Assembly: GCA_964386045.1 (NCBI GenBank)
Contig: CAYLRA010000010.1
Location: 8,809-72,808 of the forward strand
Direction of reading: 5' to 3'
Length of the DNA stretch: 64,000 bases
Source: an uncultured Verrucomicrobiaceae bacterium
GTDB taxonomy: Bacteria > Pseudomonadota > Gammaproteobacteria > Pseudomonadales > CAMLJR01
Shown one piece after another: positions 43,168 to 52,478 of this stretch. The position numbers were made by a program, and so were the translations under genes. The notes under the pieces are model-generated. The model ran no database searches. It had not been told where the DNA came from and saw only the letters and a list, made by a program, of their open reading frames with translations. Within the stretch, counting starts at the first letter, position 1. The number at the start of each line of letters is the position of its first letter.

Positions 43168-43776
43168 TCAGCCGCTGACCCGAAACCAGCCGGCGATGCC
43201 GAGTCGGTCACGCTGCGTCGGCAGCACCGCGTGCGGGAACTCCTCACTGAGAAAGATGACCGCGCGACCCGCCAGCGGCGCCAGTGTCGCCACCTCGGCC
43301 CCTGTCCCATTCCACAACTGCAGCTCGCCACCATCGCCCGGCTGCCACCCGTCGTTCAGGTAACAGACCGTGGACAGGATGCGATTGGGGCGCGCCTGAA
43401 GAGAGGCGCCATGGAAGGCATCGACGTGACGCGCGTAATGGGCGCCGGGCGGATAGAGCGCGTAGTGCGCCTCATAGTCGAACAGGCCGAGAATCAGCGC
43501 GCGGTTCAACGCCAGCCGCAGCTGCTCCATGCCGTCGAGATACTCGCGCTGCGGCGCGGTCGAGCCATCCAGCCAGTGGGTCAGGTCGGCGCGCACGCCG
43601 GGGTCGAACTGGCGCTCGCCGCCGCGTCCGATCGCCGCCTCGGTCAGCGCGTGCCGATGCGCCAGCAGGTCGGCGCGCAGCGCCGCCACCGCGGCCATCG
43701 GCAGCACGTCGTCCGCCCACCAGCAACCCTCGGCGCGCAGCGCGCCGACCATCGCGTCGAGATGTCGGATGAACAA
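43168..43776 (-). CDS. 2OG-Fe(II) oxygenase superfamily protein (prolyl-4-hydroxylase-like)
   Basis: YPPGAHYARHVDAF (H-x-D), ILSTVCYLNDGWQPGDGGELQLW, FPHAVLPTQRDRLGIAGWF. The start is uncertain: TTG 43776 after GAGGGG, ATG 43752, or the ORF maximum 43881. Confidence 0.65.
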   Translation of the reverse strand: MFIRHLDAMVGALRAEGCWWADDVLPMAAVAALRADLLAHRHALTEAAIGRGGERQFDPGVRADLTHWLDGSTAPQREYLDGMEQLRLALNRALILGLFDYEAHYALYPPGAHYARHVDAFHGASLQARPNRILSTVCYLNDGWQPGDGGELQLWNGTGAEVATLAPLAGRAVIFLSEEFPHAVLPTQRDRLGIAGWFRVSG

Positions 43777-43964
43777 GATGACCCCTCGGGGGAGTGCGCG
43801 CCGGACAGCGCAAACGGGCTGGACGGCGCCCGCGACCGCGGCAGGAGAGCGGCGCGACCGCGGTTCGCGCCGGGGCGGCATTCTGGTCTATCCTCGACCT
43901 CTTGTAACTGGCCTCCACGGCCTTTTTTTCACCCGCCGCCGCACCGATAAATCAGCCGCCCACC

Positions 43965-44654
43965 ATGAACCTACTGCTCATCGAAGATGACGCCGAAATG
44001 CGCGACAACCTGCTGCAGGCGCTGCATCTGGGCGGCCACACCGTGCAGGTCGCGGCCGACGGCGTGACCGGGCTGGCGCTGGCGCGCGGCGGCAGCTTCG
44101 ATGCCATCGTGCTCGACCGCATGCTGCCCGGCCTCGACGGGCTGGCGCTGCTGCAGCAACTGCGCGACGGCGGCGCGCGCACGCCGGTGCTGATGCTGAG
44201 TGCGCTCGGCGATGTCGACCACCGCGTCGACGGCCTGCGCGCCGGTGCCGACGACTACCTGGCCAAGCCGTTCTCGTTCGCCGAGCTGGAGGCGCGCCTG
44301 CAGGCGCTGCACCGGCGCGACAGCCGGCCGGCCGAGGCGACCACGCTGCAGGTGGGCGATCTGGTGCTCGACCTGATCAGCCACAAGGCGCGGCGCGGCG
44401 AGCAGGCGATCGAGCTGTGGCCGCTGGAGTACCGGCTGCTCGAATACCTGATGCGCAATGCCGGCCAGGTGATCACCCGCAGCATGCTGCTGGAGAATGT
44501 CTGGAACCTGCACTTCGACCCGCAGACCAACGTGGTCGAGGTGCACATGAGCCGCCTGCGCGGCAAGGTCGACAAGGGTTTCGATCAGCGCCTGATCCAC
44601 ACCGTGCGCGGCGCCGGCTACGTGCTGCGCGAGCAGAGCGACAGCGATGCCTGA
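43965..44654 (+). CDS. OmpR-family response regulator (CzcR/CusR-like)
   Basis: MNLLLIEDDAEMRDNL...DAIVLDRMLPGLDG...ADDYLAKPFSFAELEARL. Winged-helix output LIHTVRGAGYVL. Confidence 0.88.
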   Translation: MNLLLIEDDAEMRDNLLQALHLGGHTVQVAADGVTGLALARGGSFDAIVLDRMLPGLDGLALLQQLRDGGARTPVLMLSALGDVDHRVDGLRAGADDYLAKPFSFAELEARLQALHRRDSRPAEATTLQVGDLVLDLISHKARRGEQAIELWPLEYRLLEYLMRNAGQVITRSMLLENVWNLHFDPQTNVVEVHMSRLRGKVDKGFDQRLIHTVRGAGYVLREQSDSDA

Positions 44655-46074
44655 CCGCCTGCGCCCCCGCCACCTGCTGCGCAGTTCGTCGCTGCGCATG
44701 GTGTTCATCTCCTGGCTGCTGATCAGCGCCGTCAACGCCAGCGTCGTCTTCGCCCTCTACGATTTCACGCTGCGCGCGCTGGTCGGCGACCTGACCCAAC
44801 TGATCGACCAGAAGATCGACCAGCGACTGGCGAGCTGGCCGAAGCAGCTGCCGGCGCACGCCGGCGTCACCGCCTGGCTCTACCGGCAGTTCGCCATCGA
44901 GCTGGCCGACCTCGAGGATTGCGTGGCGCTGGTCGACAGCGACGGCGAGCTGGAGCTGGCCAACATCGACCTGAACGCCCGCCCCGAATTCCGCTATCGC
45001 CGCTTCTTCACCGCCCCCTACACCGGCGACCGCTGGAAAACCGAGGGCAGCAACCGCCACGACAACAGCTGCCTGGTGGTGGAGCGACAGCTGACCGACG
45101 GCGGCCGCCTCACCTATGGCGTCTCGTTCGACAGCTACCTGGAGACGATCCGCGAGCTCGACCGGCTGCGCTTCTGGGGGCTGCTGGTGACGATTGGCCT
45201 GGCCGGGCTGATCAGCCTCGCGCTGGTCAGCCGCTTCCTGCACGGGCTGCGCGCCATCCACGACACCTGCCTGCGCGTCGCCGCCGGCGACCTGAGCCGG
45301 CGCATCCCGCCCTTTCGCGGCCACCGCGACCTGAACCAGATCGCCGATGTCATCAACCATATGCTCGACCAGACCGAGCAGCTGACCCAGGGCATTCGCC
45401 AGGTCTCCGACGCCATCGCCCACGATCTGAAGACGCCACTGGCGCGGCTGCGCGGCCAGCTCGAACTGCTGTTGCAGCTGCCGCAGCGCAGCGACGCGGC
45501 GATCGAGGCGGTGATCGCCGAAGCGGATCAGGTGCTGGGCGCCTTCAACGCGCTGCTGCGCATCGCCCAGCTGGAGCAGGGCAGCCCGCGCCAGGCCTTC
45601 ATCCATTTCGATTTCAACGCGCTGCTGCCGACCCTGTGCGACCTGTTCGAGATCACCTTCGCCGACAAGCAGATCGACTTCCACATCGATGCGCCCGCCG
45701 AACCGCTGCCAGCCTTCGGCGACCGCGACCTGTGGCTGCAGGCGCTCAGCAACCTGCTCGACAACGCCTACAAATACACACCGGAGGGCGGCGCGGTGAC
45801 CCTCAAGCTGCAACGCGACGACGACACGCTGGTCATCCGTGTCAGCGACAGCGGCCCCGGCATCCCCAGCGGCGAGCGCAGCAACGTGCTGAAACGTTTC
45901 TACCGGCTCGACAAACACCGCTCCAGCAAGGGCCTGGGGCTCGGCCTGAGCCTGGTGGCGGCAGTCTGCAAGGTGCACCACGCCAAACTGACACTCGACG
46001 GCCGCGACGACGGCAGCAGCGGGCTGGTGGTCACCCTGCGCGTGGCGGCGGACAGCGCTACCGGCGCCAGCTGA
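44647..46074 (+). CDS. Sensor histidine kinase (HAMP-HisKA-HATPase), partner of the preceding regulator
   Basis: H-box AHDLKTPLARLRGQLELL, N-box LDNAYKYTPEGG, G-boxes DSGPGIP / GLGLGLSLV. Overlaps the regulator stop. Confidence 0.85.
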   Translation: MPDRLRPRHLLRSSSLRMVFISWLLISAVNASVVFALYDFTLRALVGDLTQLIDQKIDQRLASWPKQLPAHAGVTAWLYRQFAIELADLEDCVALVDSDGELELANIDLNARPEFRYRRFFTAPYTGDRWKTEGSNRHDNSCLVVERQLTDGGRLTYGVSFDSYLETIRELDRLRFWGLLVTIGLAGLISLALVSRFLHGLRAIHDTCLRVAAGDLSRRIPPFRGHRDLNQIADVINHMLDQTEQLTQGIRQVSDAIAHDLKTPLARLRGQLELLLQLPQRSDAAIEAVIAEADQVLGAFNALLRIAQLEQGSPRQAFIHFDFNALLPTLCDLFEITFADKQIDFHIDAPAEPLPAFGDRDLWLQALSNLLDNAYKYTPEGGAVTLKLQRDDDTLVIRVSDSGPGIPSGERSNVLKRFYRLDKHRSSKGLGLGLSLVAAVCKVHHAKLTLDGRDDGSSGLVVTLRVAADSATGAS

Positions 46075-46309
46075 CACATACGTATACGTACATTTCTCTT
46101 CGCCTCGTCCGGCGCGATCGAGTAGAATCCGCCGCCGCGCCCGGACCGCAACACCGGGCGCAGGCTGAATCATCGCTACCTCTGTCCATCGTATGGTGCT
46201 TCCCTCGGGAAGAGCTCCGTTTAACCAGGAGCTTGGGCAACGCGTAGCGGCCCACTGACGTTCTGAACGCGCACCCCCAGCGGGCCGGCAGAACACCCGG
46301 AGATGGACA

Positions 46310-48421
46310 ATGAGCGAACTGACCTTCGCAGGCCTCGGCCTGCCCGAAACCCTTCTTTCGACGATCACCCGCCTCGGTTACGAGAAGCCGTCGCCGATCC
46401 AGGCGCAGGCCATTCCCGCGCTGCTGGAAGGGCGCGACCTGATCGGCCAGGCGCAGACCGGCACCGGCAAGACCGCCGCCTTCGCGCTGCCGATCCTGGC
46501 CACGATCAACCCCGAACACTCGCAGCCGCAGGCGCTGATTCTGGCGCCGACCCGCGAGCTGGCGATGCAGGTCGCCGATGCGCTGACCACCTACAGCGAA
46601 AACGTCGGCAACTGCCGCGTGCTCGCCGTCTACGGCGGCCAGTCGATGCGCGACCAGCTGCAGGCGCTGCGTCAGGGCGTGCAGATCGTGGTTGGCACCC
46701 CCGGCCGCCTGCTCGACCACCTCGAGCGCAAGAGCCTCGATCTGTCCGCGCTGAAATGGGTCGTGCTCGACGAAGCCGACGAGATGCTGCGGATGGGCTT
46801 CATCGACGACGTCGAAGCGATCCTCGGCCACACCGGCGGCGTGCAGCAGACCGCGCTGTTCTCGGCGACGATGCCGCCGCGCATCAAGCAGATCGCCGAG
46901 CGCTACCTGAAAGACCCGCAGCAGATCGTCATTCCGGCCGCGACCCGCACCAACGCCTCGATCGAGCAGCGCGTGCTGGCCGTGCGCCAGCGCGACAAGG
47001 CCGCCGCCGTGGTGCGCCTGCTGGCCAGCGAGGATTGCGACGCGACGATCATCTTCACCCGCACCCGCGAGAGCACGGTCGAGCTGGCCGACTTCCTCAG
47101 CGGCTTCGGCCACGCCGCCACCGCCATCAACGGCGACATGAACCAGGCACAACGCGAGCAGACCATCGCGCTGCTGAAGCAGGGCAAGATCGACGTGCTG
47201 GTGGCAACGGACGTCGCCGCGCGCGGCCTCGATGTCGAGCGCATCAGCCACGTCATCAACTTCGACCTGCCGATGGAATCGGACACCTACGTGCACCGCA
47301 TCGGTCGCACCGGTCGCGCCGGTCGCAGCGGCAAGGCGATCCTGCTGGCCGATCCGCGCGATCGCAGCAAGATCGGTTTCATCGAGCGCGCCACGCGCCA
47401 GCCGCTGCTGCCGATGGAGCTGCCCTCCGATGAGGAGCTGCGCGCATTGGCCGAGCAGCGTTTCCGGCTGAAGCTGGCCGACCACCTGCACAGCGGCGAC
47501 AGCACGCGCTGGCAGCCGCTGCTCGACTCGCTGTGCCAGGAGATGGATCTCGGCGCCGATGTCATCGCCGCCGGCCTGATCGGTCTGCTCGCGCAACAGC
47601 AGGGCGTCGCCCGCAAGCTGCCGAGCGTGAACGAGGTATCGGCAGAGCGCGCACCGCGCGAACGCAAACCGCGTGAAGAGGGCGCGACCTTCAGCGGCAC
47701 CATGCAGAGCTACCGTATCGCCGTCGGCCGCGCTCACCGCGCGCAGGTCGGCGACATCGTCGGCGCCATCGCCAACGAAGCCGGCCTCAACAGCGGGCAG
47801 ATCGGTCGCATCCAGCTCTACGAAACCTTCAGCACCGTCGACCTGCCGAACGACCTGCCGGCGAACATCATCCAGCAACTGAAAGCGGTGCGGGTGCGCA
47901 ACCAGGCGCTGGAGATCGAACCGTTCGACGAGGGCGATGCGATGGTGCGCGAAATGCGTCCGCCGCGCCGCGCACCGCGCGATCGCGATGACGCCCGTCC
48001 CGGCCCGCGCCAGGAGCGTCCGCGCGGCGACCGTCCGGACCAGCGTGCACCCCGTTTCGAGCAGCGCCCCGACAGCCGCGCCCCGCGCCGCGACAACGAC
48101 CGCCCCGCCGCGCGCAGCGACGATGCCGACAATCGCGGCAACCGTATCGACAGCCACCACGAACCGCGCTACGGCAATCGCACCGACAGTCGCCCGGACA
48201 ACCGCTATGCACCGCGCACCGACAAGCCGGCCGCACGCCGCGGCGACGCGCGTCCGAGCGATGCGCGCGGCGACTTCCGCAAGCCGGAGGGGCGCAGCTT
48301 CGACCAGCCGTATGCCAAGAAGCCGCGCGTCGAGCGCACCTCGCGCGACGACGGCGGCAGCTCGCCCCGCGATGGCGGCGACAAGGGTGCACCGCGCCAC
48401 CGCATCGCGCTGAAACGCTGA
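46310..48421 (+). CDS. deaD: DEAD-box ATP-dependent RNA helicase, DeaD/CsdA-like, with a long Arg/Asp-rich tail
   Basis: Q-motif [45 protein letters not shown], DbpA-like segment [25 protein letters not shown]. About 160 aa of R/D-rich low complexity at the C-terminus. Confidence 0.9.
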   Translation: MSELTFAGLGLPETLLSTITRLGYEKPSPIQAQAIPALLEGRDLIGQAQTGTGKTAAFALPILATINPEHSQPQALILAPTRELAMQVADALTTYSENVGNCRVLAVYGGQSMRDQLQALRQGVQIVVGTPGRLLDHLERKSLDLSALKWVVLDEADEMLRMGFIDDVEAILGHTGGVQQTALFSATMPPRIKQIAERYLKDPQQIVIPAATRTNASIEQRVLAVRQRDKAAAVVRLLASEDCDATIIFTRTRESTVELADFLSGFGHAATAINGDMNQAQREQTIALLKQGKIDVLVATDVAARGLDVERISHVINFDLPMESDTYVHRIGRTGRAGRSGKAILLADPRDRSKIGFIERATRQPLLPMELPSDEELRALAEQRFRLKLADHLHSGDSTRWQPLLDSLCQEMDLGADVIAAGLIGLLAQQQGVARKLPSVNEVSAERAPRERKPREEGATFSGTMQSYRIAVGRAHRAQVGDIVGAIANEAGLNSGQIGRIQLYETFSTVDLPNDLPANIIQQLKAVRVRNQALEIEPFDEGDAMVREMRPPRRAPRDRDDARPGPRQERPRGDRPDQRAPRFEQRPDSRAPRRDNDRPAARSDDADNRGNRIDSHHEPRYGNRTDSRPDNRYAPRTDKPAARRGDARPSDARGDFRKPEGRSFDQPYAKKPRVERTSRDDGGSSPRDGGDKGAPRHRIALKR

Positions 48422-48481
48422 GCGCCGTTTCATTGACACCGCCGCGCCCGATGGCGCGGCGTTTACTTTCGACAGGAGCAG

Positions 48482-48766
48482 ATGATGTTCAAGGTCAACG
48501 AGTACTTCGACGGCAAGGTGAAATCGATCGCGTTCCAGGGCGAGCAGCTGCCGGCCACGGTCGGCGTGATGGCGCCGGGCGACTACGAATTCGGCACCAG
48601 CCAGCACGAAGTGATGACGGTGATCAGCGGCGCGCTGACGGTGAAACTGCCGGGCGCCGGCGACTGGCAGACCTTCAGGGCCGGCAGCAGCTTCGAAGTG
48701 GCGGCCAATGCAAAATTCCAGCTGCAGGTGCAGCAGGACACGGCGTATCTGTGCACCTACGGCTGA
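48482..48766 (+). CDS. ppnP: Pyrimidine/purine nucleoside phosphorylase PpnP (DUF1255)
   Basis: [20 protein letters not shown]...[20 protein letters not shown]..., 94 aa. Confidence 0.88.
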   Translation: MMFKVNEYFDGKVKSIAFQGEQLPATVGVMAPGDYEFGTSQHEVMTVISGALTVKLPGAGDWQTFRAGSSFEVAANAKFQLQVQQDTAYLCTYG

Positions 48767-48840
48767 ACAAGTTCAGCCCGCTGAGGGCTCTGTACCTACG
48801 GCTGAACGAGTTCAGCCCGCTGAGGCGCACCTGCGGCTGC
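48755..48840 (+). repeat. Tandem ~39-bp duplication containing the ppnP 3' end and a hairpin
   Basis: ACCTACGGCTGAACAAGTTCAGCCCGCTGAGG (48755-48786) recurs as ACCTACGGCTGAACGAGTTCAGCCCGCTGAGG (48794-48825), with a third partial copy CACCTGCGGCTG. Each unit carries GGCTGAA-CAAG/CGAG-TTCAGCC. Unit 1 includes the ppnP codons T-Y-G-stop. Confidence 0.85.
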
Positions 48841-48849
48841 CCCCCAGTT

Positions 48850-48972
48850 CTCCCCTATGTAATAGGGGAGGTGCCCCAAAGGGGCGGAGGGGTCCGCCCT
48901 TCGCCGTGCTTCGAACAACCCCGGACCCCTCCGCCTCGCGTTGCTCGGCACCTCCCCTACTTCGCAGGGGAG
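48850..48972. repeat. REP/MITE-like nested palindromic element, copy B
   Basis: CTCCCCTATGTAATAGGGGAGGTGCCCCAAAGGGGCGGAGGGGTCCGCC...GGACCCCTCCGCCTCGCGTTGCTCGGCACCTCCCCTACTTCGCAGGGGAG. The arms are mutual reverse complements and match copy A at 759-865. Confidence 0.8.
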
Positions 48973-49115
48973 GACTATCGCGCCTCTCCACACTGATCCA
49001 CGCCTCCCACATCGTGAAAACACGGTGAATCCGCCCGCCTCGCCGTGACGCCCCACCCCGCTTTGCCCTAGTCTCGCTTCACCTCAAATCGCCGCCGTCC
49101 CGCGAGGGCTCGTCA

Positions 49116-50510
49116 TTGCGTATCCAGCACAAACTTTTTGTCGCCCTGCTCGGCACCTGCATGGCACTCGTCGCCGCGGTGATGGCGCTGGTGCAGTGGA
49201 GCTTCACCCGCGGCATGGTCGACTACCTGAACGAGCGCCATCGCGATCGCGGCCAGCTCGTCGCCGAGGCACTGGCCGAGCAGTACCAGCATTTCGGCAG
49301 CTGGGTGCCGTTCGCGATGGAGTCGCGCCTGTTGCCGAGCGTCATCGTCTACGCATTGGAAGAGCGTGAGCTGCCGGAGTCGAGACGCGGAGAAACCCGG
49401 CGTCGCGACGAACCGCCGCGACCGCTGGCCCTGCGCATGCAGCTGCTCGATGCCGATCGGCGCGTCGTCACCGGCCGCGCACCCGGCCCACTCAGCGCAC
49501 TGGTACCGATTCGCGTCGGCGAAGAGGTCGCTGGCTGGCTGGCGGTACCGCAGATGGAGGAGGTGCAGAGCCGCTTCGAGCGCAAATTCCTGCACCAGCA
49601 GCGCATGAAGCTGCTCGCCATCGGCGGCGCCGCCCTCGCCGTTGCCGCGCTGATCGCACTGGTGCTGGCGCGCCACCTGGTCGGACCGATCCGCGCGCTG
49701 AACCGCGGCACCCACCAGCTGACCCAGGGCAACTACGGCATCGGCGCCGACCTGCAGCTGCCGACCGAACGCCGCGATGAACTCGGCGAACTGGCGCGCG
49801 ATTTCAACGAGCTGGCGCACACGCTGGCCGCCAACGACAGCAGCCGCAAACGCTGGCTGGCCGACATCTCGCACGAGCTGCGCACGCCGCTGGCGATCCT
49901 GCGCGGCGAGATCGAAGCGATGCTCGACGGCGTGCGACCGATCGATCGCGACCATCTGCAGTCGGTGCAGCAGGAGGTGGCGCACCTGACGCGGCTGGTC
50001 GACGACCTGCATGCGCTGACCACGGCCGACATCGGCGGCCTGCAGTACCGCAAGTCCGAGTGCGATGTCGCCGAGCTGTGGCGCGAGGTGTGCGAAGCGC
50101 ACGCGCAGTCGTTCACCGCCGCCGGGCTGACGCTGCGCTGGGAGATGCCGCAGGCGCTGACCTGTTACGGCGACGAGAGCCGGCTGCGCCAGCTGCTCGA
50201 CAACCTGCTCGACAACAGCCGCAAATACACCGCGCCGAACGGCCTGGTGCAGGTATCACTGCGCCGACAGGATGACGGGCTGCAGCTGTCGATCGAAGAC
50301 AGCGCTCCCGGCGTGCCGGCGGAATCGCTGCCAAAACTGTTCGACCACCTCTACCGTGTCGAGGATTCGCGCAACCGCAGCACCGGCGGCTCCGGCCTCG
50401 GCCTCGCCATCTGCCAGCGCATCGTTGCCGCCCACGGCGGCAGCATCACCGCCGCGCCGTCTGCGCGCGGCGGGCTGCGCATCGACGTCGTGCTGCCCAT
50501 GAAAGGATGA
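49116..50510 (+). CDS. baeS: Envelope-stress sensor histidine kinase, BaeS-like
   Basis: Two TM segments plus HAMP, H-box SHELRTPLAILRGEIEAM, LDNSRKYT, DSAPGVP, GGSGLGLAICQRIV. TTG start as in the ORF track. Confidence 0.8.
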   Translation: MRIQHKLFVALLGTCMALVAAVMALVQWSFTRGMVDYLNERHRDRGQLVAEALAEQYQHFGSWVPFAMESRLLPSVIVYALEERELPESRRGETRRRDEPPRPLALRMQLLDADRRVVTGRAPGPLSALVPIRVGEEVAGWLAVPQMEEVQSRFERKFLHQQRMKLLAIGGAALAVAALIALVLARHLVGPIRALNRGTHQLTQGNYGIGADLQLPTERRDELGELARDFNELAHTLAANDSSRKRWLADISHELRTPLAILRGEIEAMLDGVRPIDRDHLQSVQQEVAHLTRLVDDLHALTTADIGGLQYRKSECDVAELWREVCEAHAQSFTAAGLTLRWEMPQALTCYGDESRLRQLLDNLLDNSRKYTAPNGLVQVSLRRQDDGLQLSIEDSAPGVPAESLPKLFDHLYRVEDSRNRSTGGSGLGLAICQRIVAAHGGSITAAPSARGGLRIDVVLPMKG

Positions 50511-50514
50511 AGCG

Positions 50515-51189
50515 ATGACGGCAAAAATCCTGATCGTCGAAGATGAACCGAAGCTCGCGCGCCTGCTGGCCGACTACCTGCACCAGGCCGGCTACGCCAC
50601 CCACCAGATCGGCAACGGCGGCGAGGTGGCGGCGTGGGTGCGCGACCATGTCCCCGACCTGATCCTGCTCGACCTGATGCTGCCGGGCAGCGACGGCCTG
50701 ACCGTCTGCCGCGAGCTGCGCGGCTTCTCGCAGGTGCCGGTGATCATGGTGACGGCGCGGGTCGAAGAGGTGGATCGGCTGCTCGGGCTGGAACTGGGCG
50801 CCGACGACTACATCTGCAAGCCGTTCAGCCCGCGCGAGGTGGTGTCGCGGGTGAAGGCGGTATTGCGTCGCGCCAGTGCCGGCCCGGCGCCGCAGACACC
50901 GGGTTTCGCGCTGGACGAACACCGGCTGGAGGTGCGTTTCGAAGGGGCGGCCGCGGTGCTGACCGCGGTCGAATTCCAGCTGCTGAAGCGACTGGCGAGC
51001 GAGCCGGGCAGGATATTTTCACGCGACCAGCTGATGGCGGGCATGTACCAGGATCACCGCATCGTCAGCGATCGCACCATCGACAGCCACATCAAGAAAC
51101 TGCGCAAGAAAATGGCCGAGGCGTGGCCGACGGTCGAGTTCATCCACTCGGTCTACGGCGCCGGCTACCGCTTCGAACTGACGGAATAG
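50515..51189 (+). CDS. baeR: OmpR-family response regulator, BaeR-like
   Basis: ILIVEDEPKLARLLADYL...PDLILLDLMLPGSDGLTVCRELR...VIMVTARVEEVDRLLGLELGADDYICKPFSPREVVSRVKAVLRR is nearly collinear with E. coli BaeR. Confidence 0.85.
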   Translation: MTAKILIVEDEPKLARLLADYLHQAGYATHQIGNGGEVAAWVRDHVPDLILLDLMLPGSDGLTVCRELRGFSQVPVIMVTARVEEVDRLLGLELGADDYICKPFSPREVVSRVKAVLRRASAGPAPQTPGFALDEHRLEVRFEGAAAVLTAVEFQLLKRLASEPGRIFSRDQLMAGMYQDHRIVSDRTIDSHIKKLRKKMAEAWPTVEFIHSVYGAGYRFELTE

Positions 51190-51216
51190 ACCGCTTCGAG
51201 CTGGCAGAACAGACAG

Positions 51217-51693
51217 TCAGTCCGCCTGTTCCAGCTGCGAATTGCGCTGCTGCATCAGCCGCCGCGCCTCCTCCGCACGCTCCATCAACCTTTTCACGCC
51301 GTCAGCGCTATAGGGGTTGGCCGGCAGTGTCGACGCCGGTTCGGCGGCAACCGTCGCGGCCGCCGGCTGCGCAGCCACCACCGGTGCCGGCTCGACCGCC
51401 ATCCGCTGCAACTGCCTCGCCTCGGCCGGCGCACGGCTGCCGTAGTGCCAGCGACCCTGCGCGTCCCGCCACTTGTAGACCGTGGTATCGCCACCCTGCA
51501 TCACCTCGTGGTCGCCGCCATCGCGCTTCTGCAGCGGCGCCAGCGTGCCCAGCGCCGGCAAGCCGGCAGGCGCCGCACCTCCCTGCGCCGGCAACTGCGG
51601 CAGGCGGCCGGTCAGCAGGTAGAGCACATAGGCGGACAACCCGAGTACGACAAACAGCAGGGCGAAGCTGCGCGCAATCGTTCGTTTCGACAT
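51217..51693 (-). CDS. DUF4124-domain membrane-anchored protein
   Basis: N-terminal TM MSKRTIARSFALLFVVLGLSAYVLYLL. VYKWRDAQGRWHYGS resembles the DUF4124 signature. Internal Met of ORF 51217-51879. Confidence 0.6.
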   Translation of the reverse strand: MSKRTIARSFALLFVVLGLSAYVLYLLTGRLPQLPAQGGAAPAGLPALGTLAPLQKRDGGDHEVMQGGDTTVYKWRDAQGRWHYGSRAPAEARQLQRMAVEPAPVVAAQPAAATVAAEPASTLPANPYSADGVKRLMERAEEARRLMQQRNSQLEQAD

Positions 51694-51955
51694 CTTCCCT
51701 CCCGGACTGGATAACCACCTGACCGCTCGCCCAACTCCGCTGGATGAGCGGGTGGGCAGGTCGGGCAAGACTAGACCAGGGTTCGGCGCCGCGCCCGGCG
51801 CCCGAACTGCCCGTGCGCGATGCCGCGCCGCCACGTCGATCTGCGGAATCGTTGCCGTTTGCTTCCATATTTGTTGCACCGGTGGCCACTAGTCTGAGCC
51901 TGTACCAAGCGACATCTTCGTCGCGGTATCAACAGCCATCCCGGAGGATGCAACG

Positions 51956-52387
51956 ATGAAACTGAAAAATGTGATTCTCGCCGTCTGCCTGGGCACCACC
52001 GTCGCCGCCGGCAGTACCCTCGCCTTCGCCGGCAAGCAGCACTACGCCGCCGACCCCGCCAAACACGCGGAACACCTGCAGAAGAAGCTGCAGCTCGACG
52101 ACACCCAGCGCGCGCAGGTGCAGCAGATTCTCGAAGAGAGCCAGAAACAGCGTGAAGCGCTGTCGCAGAAATACACGATCGCCGAGCGCGAGGCCTTCAG
52201 GAAGGAGGCGAAGGCACTGCACCGGCAGAACCGCGAACAGATCGGCGCGCTGCTGACCCCGGCCCAGCGCGAAGCGCTGGAGACGCAGAAAGCGCGCCAC
52301 GGCAAGCACGATCACGGCAAGGGTCACCACGGCAAAGGCCACGACAAGGAGCGCCGCGGCGGGAAGGAGGCACAACCCACCACCTGA
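51956..52387 (+). CDS. Spy/CpxP-family periplasmic chaperone-like protein (LTXXQ motifs) with a His-rich tail
   Basis: Signal MKLKNVILAVCLGTTVAAGSTLAFA. LTXXQ-type motifs LDDTQRAQV and LTPAQREAL. Tail HGKHDHGKGHHGKGHDKE. Confidence 0.72.
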   Translation: MKLKNVILAVCLGTTVAAGSTLAFAGKQHYAADPAKHAEHLQKKLQLDDTQRAQVQQILEESQKQREALSQKYTIAEREAFRKEAKALHRQNREQIGALLTPAQREALETQKARHGKHDHGKGHHGKGHDKERRGGKEAQPTT

Positions 52388-52478
52388 TCCACACCACCAA
52401 CCCAGGCCGCTGAAACGGGCGCCATTCGCCACAGGATGGCGCCCCGTTTTCCCAATCAACCCCACCAAGATCGCATCG

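Noticed and set aside
46058-48607. 849-aa minus-strand ORF opposite deaD. Similar long antisense ORFs lie at 53336-55819, 55105-57699, 57284-58987, 61645-63966, 44473-46368, 26284-28182 and 20552-22117.
   Set aside because: In every case the opposite strand carries a protein with canonical family motifs, while the antisense translation is compositionally biased and motif-free.
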